From assembly GCA_021613535.1 (NCBI GenBank), contig CP075497.1, positions 4,464,001 to 4,528,000 of the forward strand: a DNA stretch of 64,000 bases, in the 5' to 3' direction. The notes below the pieces were generated by a model. That model had not been told where the DNA came from. It did not search any database and worked only from the letters and a program-made list of their open reading frames with translations. This document shows, piece by piece, positions 56,294 through 64,000 of the stretch (positions within the stretch are counted from its first letter, which is position 1; each line of letters opens with the position of its first letter). The position numbers were made by a program, and so were the translations under genes. This DNA is from Adineta vaga. Lineage: Eukaryota > Animalia > Rotifera.

Positions 56294-56404
56294 GTGTTGC
56301 TCTGGCAGATCAGTGTTGCCACTAATTCGCACGATTTCGTCATCGCAACATTTGTTTGATCTAGTAAGATCATTTACCTCTTGGTATAAGTTGTAATACT
56401 AAGC
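56294..56404 (-). ncRNA. Spliced-leader RNA gene A (variant leader GCTTAGTATTACAACTTATACCAAGAG)
   Basis: A leader-like exon is followed by the GTAAAT donor. The SL intron is homologous to copy B (TGTTGCGATGACGAAATC..TGGCAACACTGATCTGCCAGAGCAACAC) and keeps its stems. Confidence 0.8.
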
Positions 56405-56536
56405 AACTAGCTCGTTGGTTGTAAAGTAAAGTACTTTTCTTCAGTCTCTATATATTTAGTTTCAGAGCGAACGTAGGAAAAAGAGAAAGTGTAGAGACAC
56501 GCTAGAGGGCGTGGATCTTTGATCGTGGAGAAAGTT

Positions 56537-56641
56537 GCTTATTACAACTTACCAAGAGGTATATATCGAAAAAGATAGAATACATGTTGCGATGACGAAA
56601 TCAAGCGGATCGATGGTAACATTGATTTGCCAGAGCAACAC
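56537..56641 (+). ncRNA. Spliced-leader RNA gene B (canonical bdelloid leader GCTTATTACAACTTACCAAGAG)
   Basis: The 22-nt exon 56537-56558 matches, from memory, the bdelloid SL GGCUUAUUACAACUUACCAAGAG minus the first G. A GT donor follows immediately, then a ~83-nt structured intron (TGTTGC/GCAACA and TGGTAA/TTGCCA stems). Confidence 0.9.
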
Positions 56642-57878
56642 TTTTCATAATCGAATATAAATTAAAAAAAATAGAGAGAGAATTGACAATAGTGTCAAAG
56701 TTGAAATTTATTGAAAATCAATCCATTATTAAAATCACATGTACGATGGCGTCACACCGTAGTGTATTCAAATTGTCTGTTGTACATTTTATTAAATAAA
56801 AGAGAGTGTTCTTTCAATGTGGACGGGCGTTGTCTTAAAGGTTGGGTGTGGATGTATATGACACTATGCTTTTAACCCACACCCTATGTATAGTACAGTG
56901 AGAAAATCTTGAGAATACTAAAGCATGCAGGCAAATAAGCACCCATATATAGCATTTTCATTCTTTCAACCGTCAGTCATTTTGCATTTGATTCAACTTT
57001 ACCCATTGAATCCGACCATTTCTTGGATTCTGTACAAATGCGCAAAAACAATAGAAGATGTTTCTCATGCGTTTAACCAACTATATTTGAGTTCATTGTT
57101 ATTACTAATAAAACAAAATACAATAAGAAACTGCTTCTGTTCGAACATCACATGATATTAACAGTTGCGAATTACAATATAGAATCTTAGACTAAAAAGT
57201 GATTTCATCGGTATTATTGTTCGTTTTTCCACAATAATGCCCGCTTATGTAAGAAACAGTCTATGTGACAACCTTCTATCTACTCGTAAGGTACAGAATC
57301 ATTTACTTTATTCTTTCTTATATTTGGTGCAACTAGTTGTTTTATTAATATTGTACTCCATTCTGACGACAACTTTGTGAACATAAATTAGAAGAAGAAT
57401 TTCAACAATATGATCATCAACATTCTTCGAGAGAGTAAGCGTTCGGAAAGGTAATCCAATTCATTTGATAAACCTTTGAATATCGAGACGTTCAGATCTG
57501 GATAACCAAAAGATACGTATCTTTTCAATATTCTGCTTTTCTTTTCTATGAGTATCATTTCAAACATTTCTTGTAATATAGCTACAAAGTAAAAATAGAA
57601 CTTCGCGGATCTTTACCGGACCAGCAATAAGATCTTCATTTTATATATAATGGTTTTCCAATAATTGCATCTCAGTAACATGATGTGAAGAATGATTTAT
57701 CTCAGCAATTAAAATCTATGCTCGACAACGGAAAGATATCGACTGATGACAATATTGTTATGCCTGAACAGCACTTTCACCTTAAAATAACGAAAATCAA
57801 ATAAGAAAAGAAATATGTTTTATTTTCATTTTGAATTTGTTGATAGAATGATTCCCGTTGTCCCGAAAGAGAACGGGA

Positions 57879-58069
57879 GTGGACCAAACTCGACGGCACT
57901 GCAGTGTCGAGACGATCCGTGGCACAGGTCCGAGTGAACTCGGGTGATCCTGGCCCATGTCCAAAAATCTGCTTGAAAGAGCCTGGCCTCAATGAGACCA
58001 GCGCCGGCTTTCAAACCGACGAGAACAGATACTACACTTTGATCTTAGCCGAAAAGGCCGAGAAGCGAT
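57879..58069 (-). ncRNA. U2: U2 snRNA
   Basis: Reverse complement ATCGCTTCTCGGCCTTTTCGGCTAAGATCAAAGTGTAGTATCTGTTCT.., with branch-point pairing GTAGTA, Sm site AGATTTTTGG and stem-loops III/IV. About 190 nt; the 3' end is approximate. Confidence 0.97.
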
Positions 58070-58226
58070 AACTAACTGCAACATTTCCTTTCTCTTTTCT
58101 CCACCATGTCTGCACACATTTCATTTTTAGTTTTTTTTACCCGAACGAAAATAGTCATCGAATTATTTCGTAATGAAACGAAATTACATTAGATTGTTTT
58201 TTCTTTGCTTTGTTTTGAATGAAAGA

Positions 58227-58321
58227 GTGCTGCTCTGGTAGATCAGTGTTAATCACCAATCTACACAACATGAATTTGATTTAGTAAGATCGTTTACCTC
58301 TTCGTATAAGTTGTAATAAGT
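58227..58321 (-). ncRNA. Spliced-leader RNA gene C (variant leader ACTTATTACAACTTATACGAAGAG; internal deletion, possibly a pseudogene)
   Basis: The leader, GTAAAC donor and 3' end AACACTGATCTACCAGAGCAGCAC are homologous to copy A. The GATGACGAAATC block shared by A and B is missing. Confidence 0.7.
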
Positions 58322-58623
58322 AACTTTATTCGATGATGTGAAGAGAACGATATTGTTTTAGTCTGTACATATCGGACGTATGTAAACAAAAGAAAAGTGA
58401 CGTCATTAGGATATGATGTCATCGATCGACTGCTTGTTTAATTAATACAATGATCATGAATGACTATTGTGCATTCTCAATGAGAATAATGATAAGATGT
58501 AGAATTAGAGATGGAGTTTTACGTAGAAAGTGTTGAATGTTAGGAGATCTTGTGTTTGGGGAAAACCTCTGATGTGATAGTTGAACGATTGTAAAGTGTA
58601 AAGTGCATGAACAAAATAGATGA

Positions 58624-58672
58624 CGTGGATCTTCGACTAAGAAGAAAGTTGCTTATTACAACTTAACAAGAG
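58624..58672 (+). promoter_or_regulatory. SL RNA gene D remnant: upstream element plus genomically encoded SL exon fused to the downstream ORF
   Basis: CGTGGATCTT at -27 and AGAAAGTT at -8, exactly as in copy B. Then GCTTATTACAACTTAACAAGAG (21/22 to SL B) follows with no GT donor. Confidence 0.85.
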
Positions 58673-58682
58673 ATAATGAACC

Positions 58683-60185
58683 ATGTATAATGGTCTGATG
58701 CTAGTCAAATTTTTTTATTTCTTTGTCGTTCTATTTTTATCTACGACAAAATTAAGTATCGGACAGCAAACGGTTGTTTATGTTAAACGTGGTGAAACAG
58801 TAGAATTATGCGACAATCGTACAACATCGATCTATGCTTATGGATATCGAAGTTTTGATGGAAAGAAAAATTCTATCCTTGAACCACCTAAACATCAACG
58901 CTATTCCAATCCATATGGAACAAGTGTTTTACGAATTGATAATGTTGTTGACAGTGATAGTGGACTATATAAATGTCCACAAGATGATACTGAATGGCAA
59001 AAACTTCAAGTGTATGTACCCGTCCAACATGTCCATTTAACTAATTTGCATACATCATCTCGTGTATATAATAATGATCTTTGTGGTATTGATGGTACAA
59101 ATTGTTTAACAATGATTGAAGATGAATTGTTAGATGTTATTTGTGCTGCAGATGGTTCTCCACGTCCAGCACTTTCAATAACATTAGATAAAAATGGAAC
59201 GACACCAACGATTATGGTTTTAGCAAGTAATACTCCAATACCAACAACGATCAATGATCAATTTAAACCGACTGTGTATGAAGCACATCGTATAACTGGA
59301 TTGACATCAGCAGATAATGGAAGAAATTTAACATGTCATGTTGATATGAAACAAATGGATAAAAGTCTTATTCTATCATCAACAAAACAACTTAATATTG
59401 AATTTCGACCTGTTGTAGCTGAAAAATCGAAGAAAATCTATTGTGGAATCAATCAAACACGTACAATTAATTGTACTGTTTTACGGGCTAATCCATCTAA
59501 TATACGTTATTCAATCAATGGCTTATCATCATCATCAGTAGTACGTCGAACATATGGTGATCAAAATAATTTATTTTATACATTTGATATAACACCAACA
59601 TCAATCGAACAATATCATTCATTTAATGTAACAGCGAATAATAGTATTGGTTTCGATACGTGCACTTATGAACTGATACATGGAGGTATACCTGATGCAA
59701 TTACACATTGTACAATCGATACATATTCATCGAAAATAACGACAACGATTAATTGTACAAAAAGTTACGCTGAAGGTGATAATGAAGGTTATACTTGTAT
59801 ATTATTTAAGTACAATAGTAAATCTAATCATGAGATGTTCGAAGAAATAGCCCGAACAAAATCTTGTATATTTGCTCTTGAAAATTTCAATGAACCTGTA
59901 GAATTTCGTGTCGCAGCATTTAATCGTTATGGATTATTGCCGATTCATACATTTGGATATGTTATTCGATTGAATCAACCATTCAACGATACTATCGCAC
60001 ATCTGGTTCCAGATGGAAATGAATCACCTGTATATTCGACTACGACTGATGTTATGTCAGAAAGTGACTCATTTCTTGTACCATCATCATCGAAACGTAA
60101 TGAACCACCTCCACCTAAACCACGTTCACGTTCAAATTCTCGAACACGTTTAAATAATCCTACAGTTCGTGGGACTGAAAGTTAA
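58683..60185 (+). CDS. Intronless Ig-superfamily protein (signal peptide, about 3 Ig-like domains, FN3-like domain), probable retrogene
   Basis: 500-aa uninterrupted ORF with a hydrophobic N-terminus. Ig motifs VKRGETVELC..LRIDNVVDSDSGLYKC, VICAADGSPRP..DNGRNLTCHV and INCTVLRANP..VTANNSIG; FN3-like FRVAAFNRYG. Confidence 0.88.
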   Translation: MYNGLMLVKFFYFFVVLFLSTTKLSIGQQTVVYVKRGETVELCDNRTTSIYAYGYRSFDGKKNSILEPPKHQRYSNPYGTSVLRIDNVVDSDSGLYKCPQDDTEWQKLQVYVPVQHVHLTNLHTSSRVYNNDLCGIDGTNCLTMIEDELLDVICAADGSPRPALSITLDKNGTTPTIMVLASNTPIPTTINDQFKPTVYEAHRITGLTSADNGRNLTCHVDMKQMDKSLILSSTKQLNIEFRPVVAEKSKKIYCGINQTRTINCTVLRANPSNIRYSINGLSSSSVVRRTYGDQNNLFYTFDITPTSIEQYHSFNVTANNSIGFDTCTYELIHGGIPDAITHCTIDTYSSKITTTINCTKSYAEGDNEGYTCILFKYNSKSNHEMFEEIARTKSCIFALENFNEPVEFRVAAFNRYGLLPIHTFGYVIRLNQPFNDTIAHLVPDGNESPVYSTTTDVMSESDSFLVPSSSKRNEPPPPKPRSRSNSRTRLNNPTVRGTES

Positions 60186-61358
60186 ATCTATTTCTTCTTC
60201 TAATGTGTTGTTGTGTGTATATATATATATATACAAAGTTTGTTTGTTTATCTTTCTTCATACAAATCTCTTTATATGTATATGTTCTATGAGTATTCTA
60301 ATCGAACAACTCAAGACTATATTGGGAAAAAAAGAGAAAAGAAAACAAGTTTAAACGCAACTATCAAAGATGATGAACTTGTGATCTTTTGCATTCGTTT
60401 GTTATTATATAGTTTATTGTCTTCTTTTTATACATGCGTTTCAGTGCAAATGTGTGTGAGTTCTTTTCTTTTTGTTCTTTATTTGCTACTGTTGATTCTC
60501 ATGATACGATGATCTCTCCAGATTTCTCCTTTCTTTTTTCCTTCTTTTTCTTTGTACTTGTATGAAAAAAGACTGTAGATAAAACTCGAACATTTTGTAT
60601 TAATGCAAAGAATAAAAAAAATAAAATATAAGAGGGAGAATTGACAGATTATGATACTGGTGGATGAACGAGTGGTGGAATACGATTAAAGCGGTAGTCA
60701 CATTTTGAAGGTGGTTTTTTTCATCAAACTTTATACAACTCAAAAGTTATTGTCATATTCTAACCCCTGGATATTACTACTAGAAACTGACTAACGTGGA
60801 GAAAATTCAGCAGATTTATTTTTGTATGACTTTGGTCTGCATGATATATAAGATCAAAAGTATTATTTCAAGTAAATTAATCAATGAAGAATTTATTGTT
60901 CCAAATTTTTCTGTCTTGATACATGATTTTCGTTGCGACACATAGTTATCATGACTACATGCTTGATAATTAGTTCAATGTGATATAAATATAGAAAGTC
61001 TGGAAATGAAAAATAATAATTTGTTTTTATATCTCGTTAGAAAGAGTGGTTGGGAAAACTATTTCATTATTTTGACAAGATAATTTCCGTTGAAATATCA
61101 ACGTCATCCATTTCACCGTATATGTATGATTTTTAGAGACGACTGAATAATAACTGCTATGTATTGAAGACCTATTTAAAGTTTGATGAAAAAACGACCT
61201 AGAAGTCGTAAATAATTTTTGTCCTATTCGTTGAGTAAGTTTTGAGATTTATGACTTATTGCTTTGATTCGAAAGAAACCTTAATAATACACTGATACGT
61301 GTCAATCTGAATTTCAATAAGTATTTCTGTCAAATATGTAATTCATCTTCTAAATTAA

Positions 61359-63990
61359 TTGATCATGTTTATCCAAATCAATCAACTGATAACCGGATTG
61401 AGAACAAATTATATTCTTGTTACAGAACAGTTTGGATTGTCACAACAGATGAAATCACACGTAAAGGTAAGTTCAATGCAAGTATCTTTATACTCTGGTA
61501 TATTTGGAAACAAATATATACAAAAACGTTCTGCTATACCTTGTTCATGTCCCCTACCTGATAATCTTTATTTGTCTTATATGACGGAACAATTTGATAT
61601 TTATGATATGAACAAAATTGAATCAAATGAAAGTTTATCACTACAAATGACATTTGCATCAATATTAGAATGTATGTTGGTTTCAGCAATCATGTTTAAA
61701 TCTTCTTCTCTCATCTTATCAAACAAGTCGCTTCCATCCAACAACAACAATTCAATCACTGCTCAAAGCACTTTTCATTGAAGAAATTTTAAATGAAACA
61801 AACTATGAAGAATACTATTTAATATGCTTGTCAAATGGTTATAGCTATTATTTTATGTATCGATTTAATTGGCTATATGTGTTGACAACTTTGATCGATC
61901 TTTGTGGAGGATTATTACTACTACTATATGTCACCACACTATGTGTAATCATGAATAAATACATTACTTTAGATGAACGTTTTTTTACATTGTTTGAAAA
62001 ATATACTTATGAAAACCAAAGATCAACTGATGGAATTCAATCTATATCATAAAAATACACATGACCCAATACTTATTTATCGTGACCGTTTATCCACACG
62101 ATTGTATCGTATTTTATTAGTTTTTTCGATATGTATACCATTATTATTCATTAAAATCTAACAGTTAAATCGATTAGTGAGATCGTTGCAAACCCATCTA
62201 ACGAAATATATGAAGTATTGAAAAAAAATATTCATCAACATTAAGATGTCCTTGTACACAAATGTCTATTCAATATGAAGATTTTATCAACATACCAATG
62301 AGATATCATCAAATTTGTTCGAGTGATTTTATTCAACCATGGTGGTACCAAAGTATACTTCCTCAAAATACTTCAGATATGGTAATACCTAAATTTGTCT
62401 CATTAAGACTGAGTTTATCTATCGCATATCTTTGACGAAAACATTACTTCATAGTAATCAATATGTAAGTAATATGTAATATGTGAACATTCTTATTCAA
62501 GAATAAAAACGAAACCAACATATTCTCTCAATGAAAATAATACAAGATGTTATTGTGTTATTGATTCAATATGTAATTTAGACAATCGATCTGTTAGTAG
62601 TGGTCTATATATTCAATTTGATTGGCAACTTGAAGGAATACATGAAGGTTACTCCATAGTTGATTCTGTATTAAAATCATCAATAATATGTTGGTTCAAA
62701 ATCAATTGTATCAATAAGTTAAAACAACTTTTGAATGAGTCGAAAATTCCAATACCTTTCTCAATTACTCCATTTAATTCAATACTACCTAGTCGATATT
62801 CTTCTGCAGCACCATTTGAATCTTATTTTGTTTATTCACTTATCAGAAGGAAAATGATTTTACATACATAATCATTATCAATATTAGTTTTATTGGTGGA
62901 ATCAGTATTATTACTCATTATTAACATTATTTGTAAATTGGACATGGCGATTAAACATCTATGACAATGAATCAAATGATCCTGGAACTATTAATCGCGA
63001 AAGATTGAGTACAAGATTAAATTTTGTCATCTTATTCATTTTATTTTATACCTTAACTATATATTCAATGATCGCTCAAGATAGACCTATCAATATAGTT
63101 TTTTCCAATCCAGCTGAAAGTGATTATAAAAAGTTAATGATATTGTATTCAACACAACTTCAGTATCCTCGTCAGAAAATATCTGTTGAATACAAATATT
63201 TCACTGATATTAGTACAACGTTCCATCAAATTTGTTAGTATAGTATGGCGTGAGTGTGTGTTTCTTGATGAGTATTGCTATAATTATTCAAGAACTGACA
63301 TTCGTTCACGTGGTAGTATCTATTTTTTATTTCTTTCAACTTTATGTCGACTATCCCAAACAATCGTAAATAATGCTATTGATCAATTTCTCAATAAATC
63401 ATTCATCAATACTCGAGTCATATCAAAATCTGAATGTCCTCTTCGAATTAACGACACATTATTGAATGATAATGGAAGATGGATGTTCTTCCGAAACGCA
63501 ACGTAATTGCAGTGAATCAGGTGAAATTTATTATGATACTTCAGATAAGCGAATATTTGCACTACCTGGATGGAATATTGGATGTTCAGTAGTTGAAACA
63601 ATCTTACAATCAACACTTGAATGCTTTTATGATCGAGTATGTCTACAATCCTTACTATTCTATGCAACAACAGTCTTAAATCGATATCCCTATGAAATGA
63701 ATATAACAGCTATGGATTCTTCGAAAACAAGCCGTTTCAGACGTGATACTTTCATTCAAAACATAGTTGATGAATTATTCGTTGGAGAATGCAAAATAAA
63801 TAAATATTATTCATTATTTTATCATGCGTGTGCTCCAATTTATTGTTCATATACAATTCGTAAAGAAAATTATTATATATATACAACAGCAACATTGTTA
63901 GGATTATTTGGAGGAATAACTATTGTATTGAAACCAATTGTTCCAGTTTTCATAAAACTAACCTTCAAAATTATACATCGATACCAATGA
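61359..63990 (+). pseudogene. Disrupted member of a Cys-rich repeated-module membrane protein family
   Basis: Repeated modules (STRLY..TM..NPS..LRCPC..YHQICSSDF; GC..S.LEC.YD..C; YHACAP.YCSY..LLGLFGG) occur at least twice but are broken by stops and frameshifts (FIKI*, FHQIC*). Confidence 0.65.
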
Positions 63991-64000
63991 AGTAGAATTG

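Noticed and set aside
56588-56602. GATGACGAAA resembling a hammerhead ribozyme core
   Set aside because: It lacks CUGAUGA and a stem II, and is better explained as part of the SL RNA intron.
56290-56645. Long imperfect inverted repeat suggesting a MITE or foldback element
   Set aside because: The arms are two divergent SL RNA genes, each with a leader and GT donor. There is no target-site duplication.
56844-56884. GGGTGTGG/CCACACCC hairpin as a possible Helitron end
   Set aside because: Only 8 bp, with no properly placed CTRR terminus and no other element features.
57330-57790. Coding-like minus-strand stretch with splice-like sites between the two cassettes
   Set aside because: Frames are broken by stops and no family is recognisable. 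It may be a gene relic but cannot be supported.
57777-58014. Two GC-rich minus-strand ORFs in the ORF track
   Set aside because: They overlap the U2 snRNA and are chance frames.
1-64000. CRISPR arrays, rRNA genes, intact transposases or reverse transcriptases
   Set aside because: None seen. The RT activity implied by the retrogene must be encoded elsewhere.

Overview
AT-rich, intron-dense animal genomic DNA with mostly 50-70 nt GT-AG introns. It is most likely from a bdelloid rotifer, judged from the spliced-leader sequence GCTTATTACAACTTACCAAGAG, the gene style and a bacterial-type gene. All names come from recognising motifs by eye; no search was run. In order, the window holds: WDR97-like (3' truncated), an orphan gene, MEIOC, UNC50, tRNA-Gln, DELE1-like, MRPL17, a Kv2/Shab channel, three innexins, SLMAP, a BTB-BACK-Kelch gene, RPB11, R3HDM4, a second orphan, a bacterial-type caspase-family peptidase, delta-COP, tRNA-Ala, RAD51C, WDR11 and two convergent neuropeptide precursors. 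These are followed by a duplicated U2 snRNA / spliced-leader (SL) RNA cassette and a decayed multi-repeat membrane-protein gene. The main finding is in the second cassette copy. There the + strand SL RNA gene keeps its upstream promoter-like sequence, its SL exon and a piece of its 3' flank. Its SL intron, however, is replaced by an intronless 500-aa Ig/FN3 ORF plus 3' UTR and an A-rich tract. This looks like a trans-spliced mRNA recombined back into an SL RNA gene, capturing its promoter.
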